Shown here: piece after piece, positions 18,358-27,917 of the stretch
Layout of the letters: each line of letters begins with the position of its first letter
How positions within the stretch are numbered: position 1 is the stretch's first letter
Origin: Candidatus Brocadiia bacterium
Lineage (GTDB): Bacteria; Planctomycetota; Brocadiia; SM23-32
DNA length: 64,000 nt
Assembly: GCA_046538485.1 (NCBI GenBank)
Contig: JBKHIT010000002.1
Location: 1 to 64,000 of the forward strand
Direction of reading: 5' to 3'
Made by a program: the position numbers and the translations under genes
Notes under the pieces: generated by a model
What the model was told of the DNA's origin: nothing
The model's database searches: none
The model's input: only the letters and a program-made list of their open reading frames with translations

Positions 18358-19263
18358 TCAGTCGTCTTCTTTTTCCTCGAGATAGCGACGGATTTCGTCT
18401 CGAATGATTTCGCGCATTTCGGGATCGAGGCGTCGGCCTCGGTCGGTGCGGCGTCCGCGGCGGATACCTTCGCCTTCTTCTTTTTCTCTTTCTGTGCGGT
18501 CACGTGCGCGAGCCCACGGCGGAGGACCTTCGCCCTCTTTATTCCGGTTTTCTCGGCGCTCACGCATACGTTCTTTCATCTGTTCCATCCGCTCCATCTG
18601 TTCTTTCATGCGATCCTGGAGTTTTTCAACCGTTTCGGGATTTTCGGATGAGATGTCGATTATCACGCCGTCGTCCGTGTTTTTGACATCGACATCCACG
18701 TCTTTGGCGAACATAAGACTCGAATGGATGCCCATACCATGTCTGGCATTTGGTCCCTGTCGTCGTTTCGCAATATGCGAGAGCATACGGTGCATGCGCT
18801 CGATCTGTTCTTCGTCTTTACTGGTGAGCGTGATTTCAACCCCGTCGTCGATCATTTCAACTCCAACGGTCGGTGGTTGAATCTCGCGTCCTTTCGCGCG
18901 TCCACGCCGGGATCCAGCGAGTTTTTGGAAGTTTTCAAGCCGGGCCGGGATGCTTTGCTGAAGCTTATCCACGATTTCTTCGTTGTCTGATGTGGCGACG
19001 AGCGTGACGCCATCATCGTTCTTCTTGACTTCAACCTCGACTTGCGGGTGATGTATCAGGCCAAGCGGGCCGCCACCAGCCACGCATTTTCTTCGGGTCC
19101 CTTCCGCGTGGCGGCCTGTACGCCGTTCCGCTCTCTCATATTTTTCATGCCGACCTCTTCGGCCCGTGTCTTCTTTTTTGCCATGTCCCAGAACGGGAAG
19201 GCTTACGGCGACTGCTATCGTACCCATAAGGGCCAAGTTTCTAATAATCTTTCGACCTTTCAT
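18358..19263 (-). CDS. Secreted hypothetical protein with three internal ~30-aa repeats
   Basis: Signal peptide plus repeats VEVKKNDDGVTLVATSDNEE, VEMIDDGVEITLTSKDEE and VDVKNTDDGVIIDISSENPE. Arg/Glu-rich tail. Confidence 0.75.
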   Translation of the reverse strand: MKGRKIIRNLALMGTIAVAVSLPVLGHGKKEDTGRRGRHEKYERAERRTGRHAEGTRRKCVAGGGPLGLIHHPQVEVEVKKNDDGVTLVATSDNEEIVDKLQQSIPARLENFQKLAGSRRGRAKGREIQPPTVGVEMIDDGVEITLTSKDEEQIERMHRMLSHIAKRRQGPNARHGMGIHSSLMFAKDVDVDVKNTDDGVIIDISSENPETVEKLQDRMKEQMERMEQMKERMRERRENRNKEGEGPPPWARARDRTEREKEEGEGIRRGRRTDRGRRLDPEMREIIRDEIRRYLEEKEDD

Positions 19264-19427
19264 CGGGTTTCCCTTTCCTTCAAAAGTTTTTTTGCTGTGT
19301 TCGTATGGACGTAAAGAGTACCGAATTGACGTTCAATTTTTGGGATCCTCCTTGTCCCGAGAATATTGGCTTTTTTCCTGGAGTCAGTGTTGTGTTGAGA
19401 TGCGAAACCATTTTCTTTCCCTGGTTT

Positions 19428-20021
19428 TTAAAAAGGGTCTTTATCGTTGTTATTCTTGGGGGCTGAGTCAGGATTGCGATGGCGTGGGCTACGTCCTCTC
19501 ATTCCCGGTCGGCCGGTATGATTATGATGGCCCCGGGGTCTGCGTCCTCTGGGACGGTGAAGCATACGAATGAATCTTCGGCGCTGTTCTTCGTCCAGTT
19601 TGCCTCGCACGTGCATAAGGTTTTTCATCACCGACTGGCGAAGTTCTTGCTGTTCTCTGGCCAGTTTTTGATGGGCTTTTTCTATGGCTTCAGGGTCCGA
19701 ATTCGTCTTTTGCAAAAGTGAAAGAAGATCTTCACGCGCTTGCTCTACATCAGCTTTATCTTCTTTGAATTGTTCGTGCAGTTTGCCGCGCAGGTTCACA
19801 AGGGTTTTGCGTTGGTCGGGTTTCAGGCCGATATTTTCCCACTTTTCCAGAACCAATTGGGCCGGAGTTTCGAATTTCTCTGTTTCTTGCTTTTGACGGG
19901 CCTGTTCCAGTTTTGGTTCGACATAAGCTATGTTGTAGACCCATATCCCAGCGAAGGCGATATTAAAGGCCAGAGAGAATATGAGAACGATGCTTAAAAT
20001 GGTATTTTTATTCATGCTCAT
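19428..20021 (-). CDS. Periplasmic heavy-metal sensor / Spy-CpxP-ZraP family protein
   Basis: Transmembrane SLAFNIAF, LTxxQ-like motifs GLKPDQR and LDEEQR, and a His/Arg tail. Confidence 0.8.
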   Translation of the reverse strand: MSMNKNTILSIVLIFSLAFNIAFAGIWVYNIAYVEPKLEQARQKQETEKFETPAQLVLEKWENIGLKPDQRKTLVNLRGKLHEQFKEDKADVEQAREDLLSLLQKTNSDPEAIEKAHQKLAREQQELRQSVMKNLMHVRGKLDEEQRRRFIRMLHRPRGRRPRGHHNHTGRPGMRGRSPRHRNPDSAPKNNNDKDPF

Positions 20022-20024
20022 TCT

Positions 20025-20504
20025 TTACTCCTCAACAGCCATGAGTTCGAGATACGCTTCGGTGATCGAATCTGGTGGAACGGCGCTGAGCAACTGTTCA
20101 GAAGCGGCATCAGATGTAAGTTTATCCTGTTCCAAACGGGCAAACTCTCTGTGGGTGGATGACAGGCTCATGTAACTACCCAGGCCGACTCCAATAACCA
20201 CAGCGATGATGGCCGCGGCCCGAGCCAGAGCCGGAACTCTCGTTGCGAACAGGGGGATGATCTTCTTGGGATCGGGTTTTTCGAGTTTCTTTTCAGCCGC
20301 GGTCCGCACATCCAATGCAAAATTGGTGGGGATTTCCATCGAAGGCCATTCACCGAGCGACTGTTCTACTTTCCTCATACGGACAATTTCATCTAAACAA
20401 TCAGGACAGGACCGCAGATGATTGTCAATTTCCCGCTTGAGCGTGGGCGAAAGCTCACCGTCCAGGTAAGCGCTGAGTTTTTCTGCGACGTTTTTGCATT
20501 TCAT
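20025..20504 (-). CDS. Zinc-finger (ZAS) transmembrane anti-sigma factor
   Basis: LSAYLDGEL...HLRSCPDC and one transmembrane helix. Confidence 0.9.
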   Translation of the reverse strand: MKCKNVAEKLSAYLDGELSPTLKREIDNHLRSCPDCLDEIVRMRKVEQSLGEWPSMEIPTNFALDVRTAAEKKLEKPDPKKIIPLFATRVPALARAAAIIAVVIGVGLGSYMSLSSTHREFARLEQDKLTSDAASEQLLSAVPPDSITEAYLELMAVEE

Positions 20505-20649
20505 TTTTAATCCTCTATCTATTTAAACGAAAAACTGTGTTTTTTCCTGCGCCCAAAACGGCAAAAATACTTAGATTGTCAGAAGACATTCTATAAAAAC
20601 AAGTTCGGACTGGGTGACAATTGTTATTATGGGTTTGAAGAGAGAAGTA

Positions 20650-21192
20650 TTACTTCAAATCGGCTAACAACTGTTCCAGTTTGCGCCGGGCCCGAACCAG
20701 GAGCGAATCGACGGCTTTGGTGCTGCAATCCATCACCTCGGCAATTTCCTCGTAGCTCAGGTCTTCATAGTGCTGAAGCACAAGCGCTGTTCGTTGTCTT
20801 TCCGGGAGTTGATCGAGGGCCGCGCGGACTTTCTCGGCTCGCTCATTCCGTATCATGACTTCGGATGGCGATTCGCCATTATCCTTGTGGTGGGCGAGTT
20901 CGGCTGATGGGCTGGCGCGACGCTTGCGGTAATGATCGATGCAAAGTCGGCTGACAACGTTGTAGAGGTAGGTGCGGAATTTCGCGGTGGGCCTGTAATT
21001 GTTGGCGTTGTCGAGGATTTTCAAGAAGGCTTCTTGAGCGATGTCCTGAGCCGTATGCGGGTCGGAGACCATACGGTAAGCCACGTTGATGGCGGCTTTT
21101 TGATGGCGACGGACGAGCGTCTCGAAGGCATCCATATCGCCTCCGGCGACACTTTCCATCAATTCTTCGTCTGTGGCAGGAATCTTTTCCAT
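20650..21192 (-). CDS. ECF RNA polymerase sigma factor
   Basis: DIAQEAFL, FRTYLY, LPERQR and LSYEEIAEVM...VDSLLVRAR. Confidence 0.93.
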   Translation of the reverse strand: MEKIPATDEELMESVAGGDMDAFETLVRRHQKAAINVAYRMVSDPHTAQDIAQEAFLKILDNANNYRPTAKFRTYLYNVVSRLCIDHYRKRRASPSAELAHHKDNGESPSEVMIRNERAEKVRAALDQLPERQRTALVLQHYEDLSYEEIAEVMDCSTKAVDSLLVRARRKLEQLLADLK

Positions 21193-21435
21193 TTTTCCAT
21201 TATGATTATGCTAAGCGGCCGGCCTGAAGTTTGCAAAGGGCCTCGCTGGCACCGTATGGAAGCGTGCCCGTTTGGCGTTCAGTCGTCTCAACTTTCGCAG
21301 CCGTGGTCGAGGATGGAATATTGCTCTCCGAATTATCACCGAGGGCCTTATTTTGCTGTGAATGGGAAGACACTCGGGAGCTTGCGCACCGTTACCCGTT
21401 TAGTGGGCATTACCATCAGCCATTAGAGCTCAGAT

Positions 21436-21559
21436 GCCATTGCGGGGCGTGCCGCTGGCCGGGCGCCGTGGCAATCTTGTTGTTGGGCCAGCAGAACGAC
21501 GAGATTGCCCGCCAGAGGACGGATAAACTTCGCCCACCTTACGATGGACTCGCAATGAC
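21436..21559. repeat. Palindromic element, family 3 (GTCATTGCGAG...GCAATC / GAGATTGC...CTCGCAATGAC type)
   Basis: Ends GCCATTGCGGG and CTCGCAATGAC with an inner GGCAATCT/AGATTGCC pair. Related motifs at 52328-52399. Confidence 0.7.
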
Positions 21560-21622
21560 CCATGTGGCCGCGTTTCAGGCTAAACGGCTACGAGGCCCCC
21601 GTATCCTGTCCCCGGAGGCTTC

Positions 21623-21662
21623 ACCGCGTTCTGAACTCCAGCCTCAGGCTGAAGTCCAGTCC
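21623..21662 (+). repeat. REP-like repeat, family 1, copy 4 (module A only)
   Basis: ACCGCGTTCTGAACTCCAGCCTCAGGCTGAAGTCCAGTCC. Confidence 0.85.
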
Positions 21663-21724
21663 ACTTATGGTTCTGTAGACTCGGGTATCTGGATAACCAG
21701 ACAAAATTGGCATGGAGGCCGAAT

Positions 21725-23581
21725 ATGCGGTACGGTATCATTCTCCTGAGTTTCTTTGCATTGATCGGAGGCGGATGCAAAATGGGGGCCGATCGCATGC
21801 GAGGTGTGGATGTTATGAAAATGAAGAAATGGGCCATTATCGTCGATGAGAATGCGATTCCGGCCGAAAAATACGCCGCGGAAGAGTTCCAGCGTTTTTT
21901 CGAGCAGGCGACGGATTTGAAGCTGCCGATCCGGAAGGAGACGGGGCCGGAAACAGGCCATGTGTTTATCGGAGCCGGTCCCCCAATGAAAGCCAGTTCT
22001 GTGGGTTTTGACACATCGGATTTTGGCCCGGAAGACCTTCGTGTGCGTGTGAAAGATGACGCGGTGGCCATAGCAGGTGGCAGACCTCGTGGCACGCTTT
22101 ATGGTGTTTATACATTTATGGAAGAGTTGCTGGGTGTGCGATTTCTGACTTCGGAGCACACGCACATTCCCAAACTCGAATCCCGTTTTGTCCTCGAGCC
22201 CATCGATTTCGAATACCGACCGCCGCTGGAATTCCGGTATCCGTACTACGGCGAAAACAAGGCCAATCCCGAGTTTGCTGTTCGGACGCGTGTCAATACG
22301 ATCACCAGGGATGAACGCCTGGGAGGGCGAGCCCGAATGCGTCTCATCAACCACAGTTTCAGCCGGTACCTGCCCACCCGCAAATACGGTGACGAACACC
22401 CGGAATACTTTGCCTTTGTTAACGGCGAACGCCGCGCGGACGTGGAGAATGATTGGGGCGGGAACGGAACACAACCGTGTTTGACAAATCCGGAGGTCCT
22501 GGAGATCGTAACTCAGGGCGTTCTGGCGGATCTTGAGAAACATCCCCTCTGGCGGAATATTTCGGTGAGTATGAACGATAACAGACACTACTGCCGGTGC
22601 CCTGAATGTCGGAAGGTCGACGAGCAGGCGGGGAGTCATATGGGGGCGCTTCTGAAATTCGTCAACGAGGTGGCCCGGGCTGTCCGTAAAGAACATCCCG
22701 ATGTAATGGTAGGAACTCTTGCGTATTTGTGGTCGCGACAGCCGCCGAAAGGTATCGAACCGGAACCGAACGTTCAGATCCAGTTGTGCAGTATCGAGTG
22801 CTGTTTGATCCATCCGATCAGTGACCCGGATTGCCCGATGAACGTTGAGTTTTGCAGGGATTTGGATGGTTGGTCGGAGATTTGTGACAAAATTTACATA
22901 TGGAACTACAACACTAATTTTCATAATTATCTGCTCCCATGTCCCAATTTGCGGGTCATTGGGCCGAACGTGAAATATTTCGTTGAAAAAGGAGCAAAGG
23001 GCCTTTTTATGCAGGCAGCGGGGAATACGCAGGGGGCTGAGCTATCCGGTCTGCGGAATTACATGATAGCCAATCTGCTCTGGGATCCCCGTCGCGATGC
23101 TGAAAAACTCAAGAATGAATTTCTGGAACTCCATTATTCAGAAGCCGCGCCGCCCATAAAAGAGTTTATCGAGCTTGTGCATGACTGTGCAGAGGCCAGC
23201 GGGTTGCACAATGATTGTTACGGCTGGGCGGCCGGTTACGGTCTGGATGAGTCGGTTGCCGATGCGGGAATACAGGCTTTTGAAAAGGCTATGGAACTGG
23301 CCGAAGGTGAGGAGGTGCGGCGGCGCGTGGAGAAAGCCTCCATCTGTGCATACCGTCTTGCGATCGAACCAGTTGCGCTGGCGGCTTTTCAGTCGCCCTG
23401 GAAAGAAATGGGTGCCCGGCCGTCGGCCGAAAAGCTCAAAGAACTCCGTCCAATGGTTCGGCATCTTTTTGATCTCTGCAATGAATATGATGTGTCCCGC
23501 GTGGCAGAAGGCATGTCTGTGAAAGAAGCGCGTAATAAGTTGCGGAAACTTTACGAGCTCCAGGACGGAGAGGATTTCTGA
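21725..23581 (+). CDS. DUF4838-type lipoprotein (putative carbohydrate-active enzyme)
   Basis: GGAGG ribosome binding site and lipobox GGGC. Motifs RGTLYGVYTF, HPEYFA, QPCLTNP, ND..YCRC..C and TLAY. Confidence 0.8.
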   Translation: MRYGIILLSFFALIGGGCKMGADRMRGVDVMKMKKWAIIVDENAIPAEKYAAEEFQRFFEQATDLKLPIRKETGPETGHVFIGAGPPMKASSVGFDTSDFGPEDLRVRVKDDAVAIAGGRPRGTLYGVYTFMEELLGVRFLTSEHTHIPKLESRFVLEPIDFEYRPPLEFRYPYYGENKANPEFAVRTRVNTITRDERLGGRARMRLINHSFSRYLPTRKYGDEHPEYFAFVNGERRADVENDWGGNGTQPCLTNPEVLEIVTQGVLADLEKHPLWRNISVSMNDNRHYCRCPECRKVDEQAGSHMGALLKFVNEVARAVRKEHPDVMVGTLAYLWSRQPPKGIEPEPNVQIQLCSIECCLIHPISDPDCPMNVEFCRDLDGWSEICDKIYIWNYNTNFHNYLLPCPNLRVIGPNVKYFVEKGAKGLFMQAAGNTQGAELSGLRNYMIANLLWDPRRDAEKLKNEFLELHYSEAAPPIKEFIELVHDCAEASGLHNDCYGWAAGYGLDESVADAGIQAFEKAMELAEGEEVRRRVEKASICAYRLAIEPVALAAFQSPWKEMGARPSAEKLKELRPMVRHLFDLCNEYDVSRVAEGMSVKEARNKLRKLYELQDGEDF

Positions 23582-23699
23582 GTTTAGGTATTTGTTTCGC
23601 GGCTTGCATCACTGAGGCTGGTTCTCGTAGTATCAAACGCTCACGGTAAAGAGACTGGCCTTTTTCAAGAAAACTTTTTTACAAAAATAGAAGGAATCA

Positions 23700-24926
23700 A
23701 TGGAACCGGTTCGTTACGGCATAATCGGCATAAATGGTTACGGCAGATCACATCTGGACGCAGTCGAAAGGCTTGAAGATGAAGAGCTGACGCACCTGGC
23801 TGGCGTGGCGGAAATTTACCCGGAACGCTGCCGCGATAAGCTGGACATGCTGCGAAGCCGGGGGGTGAATATTTACGAGGACTACCGGGAGATGTTGGAT
23901 GCGCAGGATGATCTTGAAGTCGTCAGCGTTCCGACACCGATTCCGCTCCACATTCCTATGGCCACAGCATGTTTCGAAAAAGGCATTCACGTGATGCTGG
24001 AGAAACCACCTGCGGTCCTTGTACAGGATGTTGACCGCCTGATTGAATCTGCCGATGAAGCCGATTGTTTGTGCCAGGTGGGTTTCCAGAACATAGCCGA
24101 TGAATGTGCACGCCAGCTCCGGGAACGGATCGCGAATGGGCAACTGGGGAGCATTCAGGATGTGGTGGTTGTGGGCACGTGGCGACGGCTGGACAGTTAT
24201 TACGCGCGCGCTGGATGGGCAGGGAAAGTCAATCTCGGGGACGATTGGGTCCTCGACGGGCCGCTGAATAACCCGCTGCTCCATTATATCCACGAGGCAT
24301 TGTTTCTTACCGGCCAGACGGCGACGACGACAGATCGGCCTTTGCGAGTCCGCGCGGAACTTTATCGCGCGCATCCCATTCAGGGAGAAGACACAGTCTG
24401 CGCCAGAGCCACTCTGGAATCGGGGGCTCGTCTTCATACCTATTTGACACTGTGTGCTTCTGAGCAGCGTCTACCGTCCATCGAGATCTTTGGCGAGAAC
24501 GGCACTGCCCGGTGGCAGCCTGGCGGTTTTTCGATGACCGCGCAGGATGAAGAAAGTGACTGCGAAGGGGATAGAGGCGGAACAATCGATCCTATCAGGA
24601 ACTTTGTGCGGGTTGTCCGGGGGGAAGACGAACAAATATCGCCGCTATCGATGACACGAAACGTAATTTTGCACAACAACGGATGCTACTTGTCGAGCGG
24701 CCAAATTAAACCTGTCCCCAAACAGCTGGTCCATCGATACGAATCGGATCGAAGCGGCGAGAAAGGCGAAACAGCCACGGAAATCTCCGGTCTGATGGAT
24801 ATAATTGCGAGAGCATCGAGGGAGCGAAAACTTTTCAGTGAACTCGGAGTGGCCTGGGCCAGAGAAACGCCTGAGGTTGAGCTGAAATTCGATCATTTTG
24901 ACCCTTCCGAACTTCTGGCGGAGTGA
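23700..24926 (+). CDS. Gfo/Idh/MocA family oxidoreductase
   Basis: GIIGINGYG, TPIPLH, LEKPP and VGFQ. Confidence 0.92.
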   Translation: MEPVRYGIIGINGYGRSHLDAVERLEDEELTHLAGVAEIYPERCRDKLDMLRSRGVNIYEDYREMLDAQDDLEVVSVPTPIPLHIPMATACFEKGIHVMLEKPPAVLVQDVDRLIESADEADCLCQVGFQNIADECARQLRERIANGQLGSIQDVVVVGTWRRLDSYYARAGWAGKVNLGDDWVLDGPLNNPLLHYIHEALFLTGQTATTTDRPLRVRAELYRAHPIQGEDTVCARATLESGARLHTYLTLCASEQRLPSIEIFGENGTARWQPGGFSMTAQDEESDCEGDRGGTIDPIRNFVRVVRGEDEQISPLSMTRNVILHNNGCYLSSGQIKPVPKQLVHRYESDRSGEKGETATEISGLMDIIARASRERKLFSELGVAWARETPEVELKFDHFDPSELLAE

Positions 24927-24929
24927 AAG

Positions 24930-26066
24930 ATGTCTGATCGTTGCATATTTTTTTCTGCCGGAGACGAATCCGGCGATATGCATGCTGCTAATCTCATGCA
25001 CGCTCTGCGCGAACGGCTTCCCAATGCGAAGTTTGCCGGTATGGGTATGAGCCGGATGGAAACCGCCGGGATGAAAACCGTTCAGCCGGATAAGACACGG
25101 GACAGCGCTATGTGGTTTCACAATATTCTGCGAATGGGGCTGTTTAAGGAGCGTCTGGAGGCCTGTAAAGATTTTCTGAGACGAGAAAATCCGGCCCTCG
25201 TGGTACTTGTTGATTTCGGTGGCTTCAATTTGTGTCTGGCGAAAGCGGCCAAAAAAATCGGTGTGAAGGTGCTCTATTACATTCCCCCGCAGGTCTGGGC
25301 TCACGGGACCTACCGATTGAAGAAAATCAGGAAATGGGTCGATAAAGCAGCCATAATTTATCCGTTTGAAAAGGCCCTTTACGAGAGGTGGAACGTCGAT
25401 GCAACCTATGTAGGACATCCGATATTCGATGAATTGGCCCGGAATCCGGTTGAAGATGGCGAAATAGAAGCGATTAAACCTGAGTCGGAGGAACGGGTCA
25501 TTGCACTTTTCCCGGGGAGTCGAAAACAGGAAATCAGTGCCAATCTGCCGATCCTGATGACGGCGGCGCGAAACATCGCGTCGCAAATCCCCGAAACCAC
25601 CTTTGCCATGGTTTGCCCCCCGGAAGTCAGGCCAGTCGCGGAGGAACTTTTGAACGACTTCGCCGTGGATGTTGCTCTGTTGTCCTGCCGGGCGCTGGCA
25701 CTCGTGCGCGTTGCCGAATTGTGTTTGACAAAATCCGGGACGATTACGCTTGAAATTGCGAGCCAACGAACGCCCATGGTGATCTGTTATAAGGTCCACC
25801 CGCTTGTGTATTTTCTTGGTAAGGGTGTTATAAAAACACCGTTTGTGGGGCTTGTGAATAACCTTGCGGGGACCATGATTTGTCCCGAAAAAATCATGTA
25901 TCGGAACGATTCGGGATGGCTTACTGATCAGGCTCTGGAACTGCTTTCTCAACCGGAAACATACCGGAAATGTATCTCCGATATCGATGAAGTAATGGAG
26001 GGTTTTGACAGGCCGGGAGCCTCGGTCCGCACTGCAGAAATTGTCGAGAATATGTTGGAGGATTAG
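24930..26066 (+). CDS. lpxB: Lipid-A-disaccharide synthase
   Basis: SAGDESGD, YYIPPQVWA, YVGHP, LFPGSR and SGTITLE. Confidence 0.92.
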   Translation: MSDRCIFFSAGDESGDMHAANLMHALRERLPNAKFAGMGMSRMETAGMKTVQPDKTRDSAMWFHNILRMGLFKERLEACKDFLRRENPALVVLVDFGGFNLCLAKAAKKIGVKVLYYIPPQVWAHGTYRLKKIRKWVDKAAIIYPFEKALYERWNVDATYVGHPIFDELARNPVEDGEIEAIKPESEERVIALFPGSRKQEISANLPILMTAARNIASQIPETTFAMVCPPEVRPVAEELLNDFAVDVALLSCRALALVRVAELCLTKSGTITLEIASQRTPMVICYKVHPLVYFLGKGVIKTPFVGLVNNLAGTMICPEKIMYRNDSGWLTDQALELLSQPETYRKCISDIDEVMEGFDRPGASVRTAEIVENMLED

Positions 26067-26069
26067 ACT

Positions 26070-27917
26070 GTGGGCGCTGAATTTTACGTGAGTGCGAACG
26101 GTCGGGACGATGGGAATGGCACGAAGAAGTCGCCTTTTGAGAGTTTGGATCGTGCTCTCCAGGCCTCCCGTTCTGCTGAATCGGAGGAAGCGCGCATTGT
26201 TGTCGAAGGAGGGAGGTATTACGAAGTCTCTTTGGAACTTACGCCCGATGATGCAGGACTGATGATCGAGGGCGACGATGGCACCCGACCTGTCCTCTAC
26301 GGGGGCCGACGGATCGATGATTGGGAGGATGACGGCGACGGCCTCTACCAGGCGAATTTGCCGGGCGTGAAGCAAGGCGACTGGGATTTTCGAGGGCTTG
26401 TTGTGAACGGCCGGCTGGCCACCCGGGCTCGATTGCCCGAAGAAAACTGTTTCTGGCACGAAAGCGAATTCGATGGCCACTGGATGAGCACGACGGCCGG
26501 CGGATGGGACCGTGATCCGACCGATGAAGAATTGACAACCCTTCGCTACAAAACGGACGATATCGGTGAATGGTTCGAACCGGAAAACGCCGAGATAACG
26601 GTCTACCACCAGTGGGATGAGTCCCTTGTGGGCGTCGATGCAATCGATATGGAAGCACAAATCATACGATTTTCTTCGCCCTGCGGGCATCCACCGGGCG
26701 CTTTTGGAAACCCGGAAACAGGGGCCGGCAAAACATACGTTATCTGGAACGTGCGGAAAGGAATGACCCGACCGGGACAGTGGTATCTGGACCGTCGGCA
26801 CGGGTGTGTCGTCTACTGGCCGCGTCCCGGTGAAGATATCCATGAACTCGATATAGTGGCACCGGTTACACAATCCGTAATCCGATTTGCGGGCACTGAG
26901 GAGGAGCCGGTTGTCGGGGTGGAACTGCGAAATCTGACGATATCTGCCGCCTCAACCCCGCTCCAGGCGGGAGGGTTCGCCGCGAACAAATTACCCGGGG
27001 CCTTGTCCGGGGAGAAAACGGAGGAATGCAGAATCGAAGGAGTGCATGTCCGCAGTGTCGCCGGACACGGCATAGCGTTGGCCGAGTCGCGAAAAACCGA
27101 AGTGGAAAACTGCGACGTCGTCGGGACGGGGGCCGGCGGAATTTATCTGAGGGGCCGCGGCAGCGGCATCACGGATTGCCTGGTTGATGATGTGGGGCGC
27201 ATGTATCCGAGCGGAATCGGTGTGCGGGGAACTGGAGGCATGCGGATCCGACACAACGAAATCCGGCGCACGCCCTACAGCGGACTGAATGTGTCCGGCG
27301 GTGAGGGGGCCGTTATCGAGAATAACCTTTTCGAGAAGAATATGACCGAACTCCACGACGGGGCAGCGATCTACGTGACATTCTGCGAGGGGTATGTGAT
27401 ACGCAACAATGTGGCCCGGGACATCACACATGAAACAGCGCATGCTTATTATCTCGACGAACAGAGCGAGCGGTGTCTGGTCGAAGGCAATCTGGCGGTT
27501 AACTGTTATTGGCCTTCCCATAACCACATGGCGCGTCGGAATATCATCCGGAACAACGTCTTCGTGCACGATGGGGATATGCAGTTGACGTTCCCAAAAT
27601 GCGAGGAGTTTGCATTCGAGAAAAATATCCTTGACGCTGGCGGCTCGATCGTCATCAAACAGTCCGACGCCATATCCTCGATGCCGAACAACGTCATACA
27701 CAGCGGGGCGGGTGAAGTTCAGGTCGGATCCGGTCGGGGTTATGAAGGCGGGGAACTTAAGCCGTATGAACCATCGCAGGGGACAATCCTTGCGGATCCG
27801 ATGTTTGTCGACCGTGAAGGAGGGGATTATCGGCTCAGGACCGAGTCTCCGGCCGTCAGCCGCGGTATCGAACCCCGGTCCTGGGAAGATGCGGGCCGAA
27901 CCGCGGAGCGCGATTAA
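26070..27917 (+). CDS. Right-handed beta-helix protein (GH141-like putative glycosidase)
   Basis: FYVSANGRD..GT..SPF, LVVNG...RARLP, PGQWYLD, DGAAIY and YYLDE, with beta-helix repeats. Confidence 0.8.
   Translation: MGAEFYVSANGRDDGNGTKKSPFESLDRALQASRSAESEEARIVVEGGRYYEVSLELTPDDAGLMIEGDDGTRPVLYGGRRIDDWEDDGDGLYQANLPGVKQGDWDFRGLVVNGRLATRARLPEENCFWHESEFDGHWMSTTAGGWDRDPTDEELTTLRYKTDDIGEWFEPENAEITVYHQWDESLVGVDAIDMEAQIIRFSSPCGHPPGAFGNPETGAGKTYVIWNVRKGMTRPGQWYLDRRHGCVVYWPRPGEDIHELDIVAPVTQSVIRFAGTEEEPVVGVELRNLTISAASTPLQAGGFAANKLPGALSGEKTEECRIEGVHVRSVAGHGIALAESRKTEVENCDVVGTGAGGIYLRGRGSGITDCLVDDVGRMYPSGIGVRGTGGMRIRHNEIRRTPYSGLNVSGGEGAVIENNLFEKNMTELHDGAAIYVTFCEGYVIRNNVARDITHETAHAYYLDEQSERCLVEGNLAVNCYWPSHNHMARRNIIRNNVFVHDGDMQLTFPKCEEFAFEKNILDAGGSIVIKQSDAISSMPNNVIHSGAGEVQVGSGRGYEGGELKPYEPSQGTILADPMFVDREGGDYRLRTESPAVSRGIEPRSWEDAGRTAERD

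Noticed and set aside
1633..21662. Family 1 repeats as a CRISPR array
   Set aside because: Copies are dispersed kilobases apart, with no regular spacers and no cas genes.
21665..22924. 419-aa minus-strand ORF
   Set aside because: Antisense to the DUF4838-type gene, with no independent coding signal.
24645..26873. 742-aa minus-strand ORF
   Set aside because: Antisense shadow of the oxidoreductase, lpxB and the beta-helix gene, with no recognisable motifs.
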